Part shown: one piece after another, positions 1-13,975 of the stretch | Layout of the letters: every line of letters starts with the position of its first letter | Numbering within the stretch: the stretch's first letter is position 1 | Assembly: GCA_043228905.1 (NCBI GenBank) | Contig: JBHGNT010000005.1 | Span: 5,208,001-5,272,000, forward strand | Direction: 5' to 3' | Length of the DNA: 64,000 nucleotides | Source: Azolla caroliniana | Lineage: Eukaryota > Plantae > Polypodiophyta | Notes under the pieces: model-generated | What the model saw: only the letters and a program-made list of their open reading frames with translations | The model's database searches: none | Told to the model about the DNA's origin: nothing | Program-made: the position numbers and the translations under genes

Positions 1-768
1 TACTTATCCGTCGGAATTCAGTGCATGACACTCGCCTCTCCTTCCATCTCGATCGAGCTTATATGCTAGTAATGAAGTTGGAGGAAAAATAAAAGGAAAG
101 GCTCCTCAATAACCCACGTGCATTGATCGGAGTTTTGTCATCCCCCCTCGAATGCTCCTAATCACCACCTCTTGTGCAATTACATATGTTATTTGAATAA
201 CCACATAGTCAATTCATCTGAGGTTTTTTTTCCCATCGATTATATGTCATTCTCCTTTCTTTATCTAGGCAATTTGTTTTTTCTTTTGATTTTTTATTAC
301 TTACTTTCCATGTGCCAATTACAACCACATCTCGATGCAAAGATTTGCTTGGGTTTGAATTTTGGCATCAATTCATGTCTCTTCTTTGAATGTATTACGT
401 TCCTTTTTTTATGTTTGTCTCATAACAAATATGTATATCATATCTATTGATTCCAGTTCACGACTTAAAACACCACTTATGGTTTATCATGCCAAGTCCA
501 TAATTATGACCATATTTCCAACTAGGATAGGAGGGTGCATCTAGATGTGTCCTTGCAGGCTGGAGCTAACGTACATGATAACAATGAGAAAAATGTGTCT
601 TCTTCTTACACTAATCATATGGTATGTTTCCTTGTCTTATTTCAACTATACACATTATAAGTTATCTACTTTTTGGTGATGTTCAAATTTCTAAATTGTC
701 TGCTACAAAGAGGGACATTTGAAGAATGATGTAAATCCAAATATTTTGACCATCTTATATAGTTTACG

Positions 769-1183
769 TGTCATGACACAGTGACATCAAATACATATTT
801 GGTGATGATTGAACCTACAACCTCGAATCAACAAGATGTCATGCTCAATCATTTTAACATGACCATACATTTATATATAATTGTGTAGTATTCTATAGTC
901 TACCGTATAGTACATTTCAGAATCAGAATATTCTAGTCGTTAGTATATTCTAGAGATATTCAATCTCGGAACTTGTATAAATACTTGTAACCTCCTCGAT
1001 CCCTTTCAAGGGATTCAACACTAGTCATTGACACATCAATCTAGTATTCTCCTTTCATGCCATATTGTCTCCTTGATCTTTATATTACTTCCTATGTTTA
1101 TAGTCTTATCGCTCACGACACTTATCAGTTGTAGCCTCGTCATCCGTGCTACATCCCAGTCCGCCATTGGTGTGTTCGTGACA
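769..1183 (+). mobile_element. Solo LTR (~415 bp)
   Basis: Begins TGTCA and ends TGACA. Flanks ttacg/taacg are a 4/5 match TSD. Its first ~270 bp recur inverted at 17235-17565, where they follow a polypurine tract. Confidence 0.75.
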
Positions 1184-3126
1184 TAACGTTTCAATAATAT
1201 ATATTCCATGCGTTGTGGACAATGTTTCGAAAACCCATGTTTTAAGGCAATATGAAATTATAAATAATTTAAATGTACACCTAGTACATAGCTGGCGGTT
1301 CTCTACTATTGAGAGAGAGAGAGAGAGAGAGAAGACTTTCCACATATAAGGGGGTATGTGAAAAATTTGGAAAATTTGTGGATCATTGTAGAAATTTTGT
1401 ATGAGCAACTACCTTGCTTGAATTGTGTACCATATCTTAATCAAAATCAAACACGGGTGTCTAAATAACAATTGGCACTTGATTACCTCATTGTATTTTG
1501 AATCCACATAAATTTCATCCACCATTTGGAATGCATAAATGTGAGGCAAATTATTTATATTTACGAGCCATTGGAAGAAATCACAAGAAATGAAAATGTG
1601 CTCACATACACTATTGAAAATCTTCTAAGAGAATCAGAGTCTAATAAAAATGTCCACTTGTAAGATTTTAACATGTGACATGAAGCTTTGAGATTCTTTA
1701 GAGTTTAAAACCTTTTAGGATATTTGAAGGAAGTTGTTTAGGAGATAATGTAATATATACACACTTGCATGTTATTTATTTGCAAAATTGGCGATTTTAC
1801 ATACAAAATATATTGGATGATGTCATGGGTGACTTCGTCGACCAATGTATGTACAATACATACTAATGGAAGTTCTTAACAATAGTAACAATTTACTCAC
1901 AAAGAATATCACATTCATAATTTATTTCAAGCCTATGTTGAGATATCTTGAGGTCTAACATTTGGACCACACAATTCTCACGGTAAATTGTTCCTTTCCC
2001 ACCGACTTGTCACATACAATCACTTTTGTCAAAGAGACGGTTAAATAATAAAGATGTCCTTTTATTTTGTTGGATACTTTCATTAGTTTCATTTAAATTT
2101 ATTAACTCATGTAAATGTTCCCAATTTGTAAGATTGGAAATTATTAGTCAACTAAGGGCTAATAATGTCGGTCTATGTCTTAGAATACTTTTTGTCCACA
2201 TTGTTTATTGTCACGTTATTGTTACATCCACTCAACTCAACTTGGAATGTACAAAATATTTGGTCAACGAAAGGCCGAGAATGTCTCTTTATTTCTTCGG
2301 ATACTTTTGGCCTTATCTTTCCACTATTCCATGTATCTTCCCCTAAATCTTTATCAAGAATGCTCCTAAGGTATTCATATGAACTTGAAACACGTCTAGT
2401 GGGGTTTCCTTCTAATTTATTAAAAACCATACATCTCTATTACTTTCAAGAGGATGTCAACTTCAAGCTTGTTTCCCTACTCTTCAATCTATATCAATAT
2501 ATACCATAAATGTAAAGCAAGAATTTGAATGAAATAAGTTATACATATGTTCGTAGTTTTTACATGAAATATGTAAAATTACAAAAACATTTTAAAGTTT
2601 GTCTCATCTAGGCTTAGAAATTAGGATAGCCAAGCTGACTTATGCAAATGTGATATTTTAGAAACCTAGGGATTGAATCAACTTCAAAGCCTACACAACT
2701 CAAAGGCATGTTTACATTTGCAAATCAACAAAACCTTATCATTCGTAGTGTATGATACGAGAGCATTAGAGGCTTGGAATCAACTTTACATGTAGATCAA
2801 TAAGGCAACCAATGAACCTAAGACTTGACTCATCTTTGTATGTCGATATAAAAATTAAGGAATTTAAATATCAAAACCAAGTTTGTTATTGTTTTGATGC
2901 TACCCAAAATAGAGGGGAGTTATTTTTTAACAAGTTTCCACATCACCATCAAACTTGGTATCTGAAGCTTGTTGCACAAGTTAGGTAGCCAAGAGAACCT
3001 CATCAAGGTAACTGTGAAAAAATGTGGAGACAAGTCAACATTGGGCTTAAAGAAGACGAGGAGAAGACTCTTGTGTGACGGGGATGATCGGTGAGTGGAG
3101 AAAATGTTGACCCCACAAAATCACAT

Positions 3127-3167
<41 letters not shown>

Positions 3168-3640
3168 GAAGTTAGGAGAGAACATAGGTCAACAATTTGA
3201 CCAAAGAATATGAAAGGGCATCAAGGTTGACCCCTCTAACTTAATTCCACAATGTGAGTACTCAAGCAATAAATATGTCAAAGGTCGGAGGAAGAAGGCA
3301 AAGAAACTTCCTAAATAGTTCGAACTTAGTACTCTCGATTGGAGGCCTAAATCAATAAATAAGAAAACAATGAAAAAGGAAAGGTTTAGAAAAAGGTGGG
3401 CGGTGGAAAGTACCAAGCTCAAACACTACTTGCTTTTGAAATCAAAGGAGGGGGTGAGGTTGATTCTTAATACACCCAACCCCCCCTCCTCTTCTATATA
3501 TAATATATATACACAACAACAACACAATGTTTGTATTTGAAAGCGAGTGAAGTGTGCACCTAGGTGATACACAACCAACCTGTTTCTTGTGAAAGGAACT
3601 AACTAACCAGTTGGGGTTGATTGTCAGCCTCATCAGAAAG

Positions 3641-5185
3641 ATGGCAACTTCATCCTCTATTACTTCCACAACATTCTCTACTACTACTACTACTACTACT
3701 ACTAACTCCGCAACGATCACCACGCCCACGCCCTCGAGTAGTAGCTCGACAAAGCAAGCGGGCCACAGGGTTTTTTCACACCAGTGGCTCCCCCCGGAAC
3801 ACGAGGACATTGTCATCGATGAGGAATTGGACTTAGAGGCAGACGCGGACGAGGAAGAAGAGCCGGAGGAGGACCGGGCGGGCGGGCGGAAGGACGTGAA
3901 GCCGTTCCGCGGGGTGAGGAAGCGGAGCTGGGGGAAGTGGGTAGCCGAGATCCGGGAGCCCCGGAAACGGTCCCGGATATGGCTAGGCTCCCACGCCTCG
4001 CCTCGCTCCGCGGCCCTAGCATTCGATGCCGCCTCGTACCTCCTGCGCGGGGACTCCGCCCGCACCAACTTCCCCCACCTACTGCCCCCTTCCTTGAGAG
4101 ACATCTCCCCCGGACAGCTCTCTCCCCGCTCCGTGCAGAAGCTCGCCATCGCCATCGCCAATTCTAGCTCCACTGCCACTTCCGATCCTCCTCCTGCTTA
4201 TATGGTAGACCTTCAGCCTAGCGCTGCCTCATCCGCCACAATGGTGCCGCCCCCTTACGATTCAGCAGCTGCAGGCACCCCAGATTTAGGCCCTCCTCCT
4301 CCTCTTGCTGCTGCTGCTCGATTTCCTGATGCTTCTGTTTCCTCCGCGAGCCCTCCGCCTGGATCGCCTCTCCCTACCTCCTCCACTCGCCCTTCCGATC
4401 AGAAGTTTCCATGGAAGATCTCTGAGCGGCAGCGGACGCCTTTTGCTCCTGCGTTCGAGTCTGAGGCGGCGTCCACCCCCGCAGGGCCACCACCACCACC
4501 ACCACCGGATAACGCCGACCACGTGCCAAGCTTCCATCCCCATTGGAAGGACGGTCGGGAGTCCCATCTTCCATTCTCCTCACCCGCGTCCCCCAGTGTG
4601 AACACGATCAACAGCTCCTATCGACCCATGTCCGTCATCCCCCGCCGTCGGGTCATATCCCATACATCCACGATTGCATTAACCTTAGATTCTTCACGTG
4701 GCACGCCACCACCCCTCACCATTTCAAACACGACAAGACACTTGTTGCCGGCAATGGCAACGGCATGTCAGCCGACTCCATCCAGACACTCCATGATTGG
4801 ATCCACCTTAGATTCTTCTGGTGGCACGTCGCCCATCACCATTTCGAACCACTTGTTGCCGGCCAGTCAACAAACTCAACTCGGACAATCCACGATTGGA
4901 TTTTCCTTAGGTTCTTCTCGTGGCATGTCACCTGTCCCCACTTCAAACATGATGAGGCACTCGTTAACAACGACCAATCAACCGATAGGATCGCCACATG
5001 TGATGCACTCCGATTGGCTCAAGTATAGTGCCAAGGTAGAGTTCTCACCAAGGCCCACCATTGAACAAATTGTTGATGCAATGCTAGTCGTGCCTCCTGG
5101 CCACTTGCCAACTCAACACATTGGATCATTGTGTGAGAGTGACAATGATGACACAGCGCCTTGTGAGCCCCTGTGGGAATATTAG
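3641..5185 (+). CDS. AP2/ERF transcription factor, DREB (A-4/A-5-like) type, intronless, ~514 aa
   Basis: AP2 domain [47 protein letters not shown] with V14/E19. Post-domain SPRSVQKLA motif and C-terminal LWEY. First ATG at 3641; TATA-like stretch near 3495. Confidence 0.92.
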   Translation: MATSSSITSTTFSTTTTTTTTNSATITTPTPSSSSSTKQAGHRVFSHQWLPPEHEDIVIDEELDLEADADEEEEPEEDRAGGRKDVKPFRGVRKRSWGKWVAEIREPRKRSRIWLGSHASPRSAALAFDAASYLLRGDSARTNFPHLLPPSLRDISPGQLSPRSVQKLAIAIANSSSTATSDPPPAYMVDLQPSAASSATMVPPPYDSAAAGTPDLGPPPPLAAAARFPDASVSSASPPPGSPLPTSSTRPSDQKFPWKISERQRTPFAPAFESEAASTPAGPPPPPPPDNADHVPSFHPHWKDGRESHLPFSSPASPSVNTINSSYRPMSVIPRRRVISHTSTIALTLDSSRGTPPPLTISNTTRHLLPAMATACQPTPSRHSMIGSTLDSSGGTSPITISNHLLPASQQTQLGQSTIGFSLGSSRGMSPVPTSNMMRHSLTTTNQPIGSPHVMHSDWLKYSAKVEFSPRPTIEQIVDAMLVVPPGHLPTQHIGSLCESDNDDTAPCEPLWEY

Positions 5186-7042
5186 GGGTTCACAAGACTA
5201 CGTGGACTTTTAAAAGAAAAAACATTCTTCAAAATTTAGCCATCCCTCATGAATTCAAAACCTTAATGATAAGAATGGCTCTACTAGTACAAAAAAAGTT
5301 AAGGAATCGAATAATGATATATTTGGTGTGTGAAGAGAACTACAATTTGGTCATTTGACTTGATCCCTTCGAACTAACATCTCCTTAGATTCTAATCTCC
5401 ACCTACTCAATGTTCTACGTGAGATTCTACGACACTGTAGAAAGTAAATCAAGTTAACATTAGATTCCATTGAAAAGTGCTCATGGGCATGGAAAGGTCA
5501 GACAAAATGGATCAAATTGTTTACCATGATATTCATTTTATTCAATGAAAGTGCTCGATATGAATCATTAGGGTTTAAGAACAAAGCATCAAATGCTACA
5601 ACGTTTGACTTAAACTTCTTATGTGTGCTAGAAGATAACACAACTTGTTTCAAGTGGGGGGAATACAAAATCAAATGTTGTAATCAACATGAACATTTTT
5701 CACTTGCTATTGTCAAATTTCCATGGCATTATTGTATGGGCATCCCTCTAGTTTAGTTCATGTGAATTCCCATAACTTACTCTCTTATAGAAAAAATAAA
5801 TAAATGAGTGGCATTTTAAGTTAAATAATTAATGACCATAAAGAACGATGTTGGTGAAGATGAAGGAAGAAAAGAGAAGAATATTATCTAGATAACTAGT
5901 GGAAAGGAGCTCGCCAGAAGAAATATACCTTTCAAAGAGAAGAAAATGAGAGAATAGTGTGATGCCAAGTCTATGAATTTTGTGTATGCTCACCATCTCT
6001 CTTGCCATGCTTGAGAAATATATAGTTATTGCAACTTTTTTTCTATCTTTCCTTAATTAATCTTATCCTAGAAGTGTTGCCTATTTTTATCCATAGTTTC
6101 ATGTTCTAATGGGGAGGGGGACACAAAGTCTGCTTAACAAAGGTGGCCAACTTTATTATTACTTTCATTTAGCCAAAATTCTTTACATGTGATGCATTGA
6201 CTTTTTACTGTATCCAAAAATCATATCTCACATACGTTCAAAAGTGACATGTAACAAATTCACACATTATGCATATGCCCCATAATGCCCATCCAATTAA
6301 CTTCACCTTGCCTCGTATAAAGCTCACTTTCTATTTGCATATGATACAATGATTTCTAGACGCAAGTACGGACAAAATAAGATATACAAATTTTTAATGG
6401 CACTGGTGTAAGTTCCCCTATATGTTGTCCTATACTCCTGGAAAATTTGCTGCAAATGTAATGGAGCATTTTTACATACGTATAGGGATTGCCATTTAAA
6501 AAGGGACAACAATTTTTATCATGTACAAGATTTGAAACAACTTGTTCACTATTGGCAACATGCAACTAGCAAGCCATTTTACAAAGACATGTTATAAATA
6601 TATAATATAAATGAGGGTGAACATAAAGTGGTTAAAATATAACAAAGAAAGGTTGCAATGGAAGTCTGACCAAGATTTTTTCCAGCACAGTAATGGCCTT
6701 AACATTGGCCTTAATACTTTCAATTGCTCCATCTTTGGGAGTATCCTTCATTGAATAGTTCCATTTTACTGTAATTGTTTCAAACTATCTAAGAATGTCA
6801 ACCGTTGGATTCTACAATACCTGTCCGTTGGGTTTCTAAGCATAGTTAACTTTCAAACAGTGAATATTACTCCCAAAATTAACCTCTTGCCTCTCTTCAG
6901 GTCTTTATTACTAGACAAATCATACCCTACACATTTCATAGAAGTTTCACATAGCTTCACACTGCAACTTATAGACAATAATTTGATGCCTCGCCATTTT
7001 CTCTATAGCCTAATCAGGGTTGAGACACTGATATGTACAACT

Positions 7043-7297
7043 ATTTATTTATAGATCAACAAGAAAACATTCCCAGCGTTGATTTGAAGCAAATAGAAAG
7101 TGAATAAATCACTTACAAACTATGCCACTTGAAATAACTCATCTTTTCTCATACCGAAAATTTTTCAATTTATTTATAGATCAACAAGAAAACATTCCCA
7201 GCGTTGATTTGAAGCAAATAGAAAGTGAATAAATCACTTACAAACTATGCCACTTGAAATAACTCATCTTTTCTCATACCGAAAATTTTTCAATTTA
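7043..7297. repeat. Exact 125-bp tandem duplication just 3' of the FYVE/ankyrin stop codon
   Basis: atagatcaacaagaaaacattcccagcg... occurs at 7051 and again at 7176. Confidence 0.9.
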
Positions 7298-7331
7298 TGT
7301 GCAACTTCACCTTTTGTCTTCATCAAATACA

Positions 7332-10300
7332 TTAAGCATCACTCATCCTAGATTTCAACTTTTGCTGCATTTTGTACTGCAAAGTGGCTGGTGCACAATC
7401 AAGTGGTGTCTCTCCTAAAGAAGAATAGAAAAAAATATCGGTGGCTAAAAGCATGGTAAATTGTAACCAGACAAAAACATGAAACTGAGATTTACTTCCA
7501 AAAATCTAGAAACATCAAGGCACAATCTCTATCAACTTTGGTTTGAACTCACAAATAGACAAAATCTTGTTAGAAAGATTCAGTGTGCAATACTCAAAAT
7601 TCAATTTCTAGTTACCTTGAGAATTTTTGGAATCAGCTTTTGCACCCCAATCTATCAAGAGAAAAACAATCTCCGTGAAGTTGAATAAGGCCGCCTAGAA
7701 AGATTGAGAAAAAAAGAAGAATAGTTAAATCTATGAACTGTCATAATAAAAAAAATCTGATAGATGTTCCCTTACAAGGTGAAGCAAAGACATCCCCTGT
7801 TTGTCTTGGTAGTTTGGATCAACACCCTGCATACAGATGTTTGACAAAACCTTAAACGACTTCCATAATATGCATACATATAGAATTATAAATTTTTGAA
7901 CCTCACTGCTTCAACCTTCAACATAACTTGTCCATGGGTATAATCATAACTAACAAAACTTCCTAGAGAGAGTGAAAAACATAGCATACACCAAGCCATT
8001 CTTTACAATTGTTGAAAAATGAATAATCTAACTGATTCACATATCCAAGCTTTGAGATTCCATACCCATCAATAAACATCGGCTACCTTCAAATCCAAGT
8101 TTATTACTAATGATTTCTAGTGACTTGGCCCCAATATTTTGGCCTCCATTAATGTTAATCTGAACTCATATCTTTTCATCTTCTTTCCTTCGCATCACTC
8201 TTTCTACCTGCTGGTATTGAGTCTTCAAAACCAAAGTTGAAAGCTCCCCCTGTAATGGACTCACTTGAGTGACCAACAAACTGACAGATTATGTAACCCT
8301 TGGTTTCATACTTCTAGTGTTGTTTTTGAAATGCTTGTCGGGTACAAATTGTGATACATGTTCCAAAAGTCATTGTTTTTATTTTCCGACCATTGGTATG
8401 ATTGTTTGCACAATAATTTATGAATTAATGGTATGCAACCCATGTTCAATTGAATAGGCACTCTGCCGATGTGTTAAATCTATATTGAGATTCTATGAAC
8501 TAAGGACAGGATTAGTCTTTTTCTTTGACGGTAAGCAAGTTCCAACTCATTTACTACCATAAGCTTAGTTTTTGTCACATTGGGTGAGAATTGTCTAATC
8601 TCATGGAAATTTTGTATTACAACTAAAAGTATGCATTGCATTTGCATTATGTATAAGACCACATACATAATCTGTGCATTGTGAGATAGTAAAAAAGAAA
8701 GGTGGTCACCATTGAGTAAAACAGTAATGCTTATTAAGCAGCGATCACCATGACAAATCTCTCCTTCACCATGCATATTATAACCCAATCTTCTCTTTCA
8801 CTTCAAATTTCACATGTTGCTCATTCTCTTTGTCCATAACAGGCATCACAAGTTCAAAAAGAAAACCTACTTCATTTGACAAACCCACACACTTTTTTTC
8901 CTTCTTGATTGCAAATCCTCATTGATTCTTTTACTTTCATTGACTCTTCACATAAACCTTCATGCACATCTATGGATCAACTTCTTCACAAAATTCTCCA
9001 CTTATAATAACCTGCAGATATCATTCGCCTTTTCCCATAGCTTCCATGAACAAATAAAATTTCACCCAAAATTTAGTAATAATTCATTCTATTCATGCAT
9101 GAGCATTTAACCTTTTACCAAGCATTCATTGAAGACTCACTTTGTGCAAACCTATTCTTCAATCCATGTGTAACAAATCTAACTGCACACTTAGTCTCAC
9201 AAGCAATGCTTTCAACACAATACTTAAATCGTTTCTCTATACTTCCCTCTTTGTTATCGTACAACACACAGATGGGCAAGATAACCTATCCTGATAAGAA
9301 AAGACTAATGAGAACCTCATGTTGACACAACAGGGATTTTTAAGTCTCAACTAGGAATTTCTTGCTCAGACATCGAAGTATAAAGTGATTGCAGGCTTGC
9401 TTCACATAGCAACCAAAAACCAAACACCAACCATCAGGCACCAAAGGTACTCCACCTTCACTTAAACATCTGAGGGATATAACTCATTCCTTCAGTCAAA
9501 ACATGTAAGCCTAAATACAGTTTTCTAAAATCAGGTTTCATCTATATCATCTAGGAACTCTGATATGCCAATGAATCACATCAATAAGTATGCCTATTCA
9601 TCCACCCTCACCATTTTAACAAAGAAAATGGTGAAGACGAAACTTACATTTGACAGAAGATCTTTCACAGCTTTTGTGTCACCACTCTTGATAGCTTCCC
9701 GAATTCCCTGAAATAGTTGTAAGACATAACAAAGTTACACATTTCTTATTGATATCACTAAAAGGAATTTCAATCAGAATCGTCTCTTAGTTCAAACCTC
9801 TGCTGTACAATCATACTTCCTTGCGACTGTCTGGCTACCACCATCTACAGCTTTAGCAGAAGAAAAGAATAAACTGCATATTTAATCAATTAGCAAATAT
9901 CATAAAGTGCGAGGATGCCAATTTTATCTAATGGACGATATAACACCCACCTAGGTAGCTCATTGCCGTAGGACACATTAATAGGTCTTCTGTACGTCGA
10001 ATTTGTCCCCGAAGATATTAATCGTGTCTTTTTTGATGCAATGGGATTTGCAACTTGCACATTTGAGATAATCTGTTGTTCAAATCTACTTGCTAAGTTC
10101 AGTTTGAGGCCAAGATTTCCACCTGAAATACAAATCTTGACATGCAATCTAATTTTTACAAACATTCAGGAGGATTAATTGCTTACCTCTGCAGCTGAAT
10201 TAGGTGTTAGGCAAATGCATAATGGCATCCCACAAGTGCATTGATGTGATGATTGTCTCTCTGCAGATGAAACTGATGGCATTTCCTCTACCAATGATAG

Positions 10301-12920
10301 ATCATCCCCAGTGGAAAGATCTAGTGTTCTCAATAAATCTGAAGGTTCTGAGACATCAATAACAGCACCATCTGAAGCTTCTATTACATTGATAGTCCTA
10401 TAGATCCAGAAAAAAGTAAATAAATTGTTTCCAGAAGGTCTCTAAAAAATGCAGGGCCAATAGAAAACTTACTGTTTTGATGCATGAAAACAATCATCAC
10501 AAACCCGGACAGCTGATTTGATCCCTAATTGGGGTAAAGCCTGTCATTGTGTACAAGACATTTATAATCTCCGAAAACATTTACAACAGCATTTGAGGAA
10601 ATCCTAGATTATCGAATTACCATTTGGTTTGATGAATGCTCATTGCAAAGACTTTTGCCACAGCATCTGCAATGGTGCTGTGAAAAATTGAATGTTAGCA
10701 AACACTTTGAAACTAATTGTGAGGAAAAAAAATGCCACATGTCGCAGCTCTGCAGCAAAGGAGTAAACACAATAGGAAAACATGTAAAGAAAAAGCTTCT
10801 ACAGTCATTTTGTGTGAGGTAAATGGTGGATGGAAGGACAAAGTGTGGAGGCAGAAATATGCTTGCATGAGCGTGTAAGACCCTAATTAAAGTTTCTAAT
10901 TAATTGAGATTAGAAAGTAGTTAATGATTGTTAGGCTAACACATTTGCAGCTTACTAAAGGCTATACTGTCTCTATCACAAACCTAGAGAAAACCCCTAC
11001 TTGGGGATAATTTACTTTTTTGTGGTTCGAAATGGCAAAGAAATAATATCTTGAGAAAGCCTTATCATCGCATTGGAACATATAAGCCTGATTTGCAAGG
11101 TGGTACTAATAGATTCCTATGGAAAAACAAATGTTATAAATTATATTGCTGGTCTACAAGTGGGACTTCCAAAACGGTGTTCAATGAAATCCAAACATCT
11201 AGTATGTTCAAGACCTTCCTTCACGAAAGAAAAAAACATGAGTTTGAACTTTGATTTTAATGTGAGAAAAACCAATGAGATATAAGCTTGCTCAATGTCA
11301 GCAGTCACTTGTTTCTATCTTCACTTGGATTACAATAGGCAAAGAGTGAAGTCTGAGAAACATTTACTACTTTATCAGCAAGGCAGTACACATATGGCTA
11401 TCTCTCTGCCAAACAACTGGAGCATCAGATCCATAAACGAAAATCTACAAATCACATTCAAAAGTTTCTTTTATCAGCCTGATTTGCATTGTCACATCCA
11501 AAACTGAAGACCTTGATCATAAATGGGAATGGTAGAGGAACATTCAAATTTCAGTGTGAATAGAGTACCTTAGTAATCAACTCACATATGTTTTTCTTTT
11601 CCTAATCCTGACCATATAACATGTCCTGAAGAACCATCCAGAGGCCCAGTGGTTGAAGTCTGGAATAAATGAAATTTGTATGTAAAACTTTCGTAAATGT
11701 GAAACATAACAGTCTGGATAATGGACATATGAGATGGACATGTGAGCTTGTAACCTTGCATTCAAACTTTCGTAAAAATGGGCTAATAGCCAATTACACG
11801 TATTCTTCAAATAGGACAAAGTTTGAATGCACGGTTTCGTCATCATTTTTATATTCTCCGGATCAGAATTTCAAATAGGCAAACACCCTATTGTCACCAT
11901 GGGTTCTAGAGTCCATTCTGGAATTCAAGACGTTGTACCATTAAATCCCTACATTCAATAAAACTAAAGTTCACAATATAAATATTAAGCAAACATTTGT
12001 CCATGGATCGGGATCAAACAGACATTCTTCAAGATCAGATACTTCAAAAGACATGTTTATACTTAGAGATACGTTCCAGAATCCCTGTAATTTATTGAGT
12101 ATATGAAGGTCAAACAGAATTTTGTGCAAGGATGCAATAAAAACAAAGATTGCAAGCATTCCTGGAAGACAAAAATTTACAAACAAAAATTGTAAACAAT
12201 GTCCACTTGCTACGGTGAGAAGGATTGAAATGACATTATACAAAGATAGCACAAACCTTGCACATATTCTTCCCAACTATTGAGAAACATCATAATGGCA
12301 TGCTGTACAATATAGAAGTCCAAAATATATGAAGATCCAATAAACATTGCACGCAATCTTGGGAATTCAGGTGAGAAGCTTCAAAAGGAATGTTCGGCAT
12401 TAGAAAAAAGAACCTTTACATTAAGATTAAACAAACATTGTACACATTCTTCGAACATGAAGAAACCTAGTATAAAGATATGTTTACACTTCGAAAAATC
12501 ATTTATATGAAGATAAAAACAAACATTGTAGGCATTCCTCAATTCAGATAAGAAACATCAAAATGCCATTGTATCAAGTTTTAAAAAAAATGAAAATTTG
12601 CATAACATTAAGATGCATTCCTCCCAACTACGAGGAGAAACTTAGTAAAGAAGAAGATCAAATAGACTTGCACACCAAACAGTCTTCGACCTCCTACCAT
12701 ACGATGAGAAACTTAGTAAAGTTTCCACGACCTTCTCTTTTTCGATCAGAAGCTCAAATACACCAAAATGATATTTCGGATCTGTGTGTGTGTGTGTGCC
12801 TCTCTCTGATCTAGAAATAGTACAAGGAGTAGACTTTTGTGTACTTACACGGCGTTTGAAGGTCGAGAAAGGAGTATTGCAGACGGTGCAGCGAGGTGCT
12901 TCTTGAAATGATGGTACCAT
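7332..12920 (-). CDS. FYVE zinc-finger + ankyrin-repeat protein, 10 exons, 292 aa
   Basis: Manually spliced GT-AG exons: 12920-12849, 10677-10621, 10540-10473, 10397-10187, 10072-9951, 9873-9798, 9707-9648, 7826-7776, 7694-7616, 7414-7332 (879 nt, phases consistent). Motifs: FYVE CTVC..FKRRHHCRCCGKSLC..VRVCDDC; CTCGMPLCIC; ankyrin GVDPNYQDKQGMSLLHLAALFN..KNSQGETPLDCA. Confidence 0.93.
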
Positions 12921-13371
12921 AGCTCACCTCCCCGTCTATGCGTCTGTCTGTCTGCCTCTCGCGCGCAGACCAGATCAAAGAATTTTGGTTTTAGTAGTAT
13001 TTCATCTGAGTTTCTCGTTATTCCCATCTCGTACCCCCCGGACTTTCTCCTTATTTCCCAAAATGCACTCAGCCGAGTCTAAAACCAAATTCCTTGGATC
13101 CTTGTAGTTGGTATTCGTATTAAGTGTCTCTGAATTTCTTTGATCATGCACGGTCGTGCATGGTTCTAGGTGTACAACTATTGTTGGATACAACACACAT
13201 AAGGGTAGTTGATCGCCTAATGTCATGACTCATACTCTATTTTACGTCCATGCCATAAGATCTAGAATTGTACATCCACGTGGATGTAAGAAGAAGGTGG
13301 AACAATACTGCCCCATGAAGGTTATGTATATAGATGGATGAATATCATGCGTGTTTATCTATCCTTCATGA

Positions 13372-13605
13372 GCCTCCCATAGCTCAATGGTAGAGTGCCA
13401 TCTCTGTAAACTTGAAGGTCTTGACTCTCGAGGGTGAACATTATACTCGTAACTATGAGGGTAAAGTGACTATCTTGTACATTGAACCTCTCAAGCTTGA
13501 TCCTCAATAGAGGCATCAACATTGTGTTTGTAACTATGAGGGTAAAGTGTCAATCTTGTAATTTGAACCTCACAAGCGCGATCCTCAATAGGGGCATCAA
13601 CATTT
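13372..13605 (+). pseudogene. Degenerate tRNA-Thr(UGU)-like / tRNA-derived SINE remnant with an internal ~82-bp duplication
   Basis: gcctcccatagctcaatggtagagtgcc..tgtaaacttgaaggtc resembles a tRNA 5' half with A-box. The stretch gtaactatgagggtaaagtg...gatcctcaatag..gcatcaaca occurs twice. Confidence 0.4.
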
Positions 13606-13721
13606 TCCTCATCAACAACTGATATTAGTGAGTATGTGCTCATAAAATAACAATATTTACACTCGAGACTTCTCACTAGTTAAATATTGGGTTGGATCAC
13701 GAATGAAAAAGACCACATCAT

Positions 13722-13975
13722 AAGCTTTGTTCCTATTAAAGAAAATGCATAATGGGAGCAATTCACTCATTTGAATCTTTTGGTTCATACTATAGAAATC
13801 TAACTACTCCCCATTTGCTATTTCCTTATCTATAATATGTTGCATGTGACAAGCTTTGTTCCTATCAAGTAAATGCACAATGGGAGCAATTCACTCGTTT
13901 GAAGCTTTTGGTTCATACAAGTAGAAATAGAACAACTCCACATTCACAGTTGCCTTATCTATAGTATGTCGCTTG
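13722..13975. repeat. Diverged ~129-bp tandem duplication
   Basis: aagctttgttcctat...aatgggagcaattcactc..ttttggttcatac at 13722 and 13851. Confidence 0.75.

Noticed and set aside
1400-3000. Possible transposase remnants (also ~29500-30200 and ~14600-15000)
   Set aside because: No motif could be identified with confidence.
3442-4611. Long antisense and alternate-frame ORFs over the AP2 gene
   Set aside because: Shadow ORFs of a GC-rich coding region with no independent motifs.
7900-9500. Possible decayed retroelement in the long FYVE intron
   Set aside because: Only vague coding-like texture; no diagnostic motif or termini.
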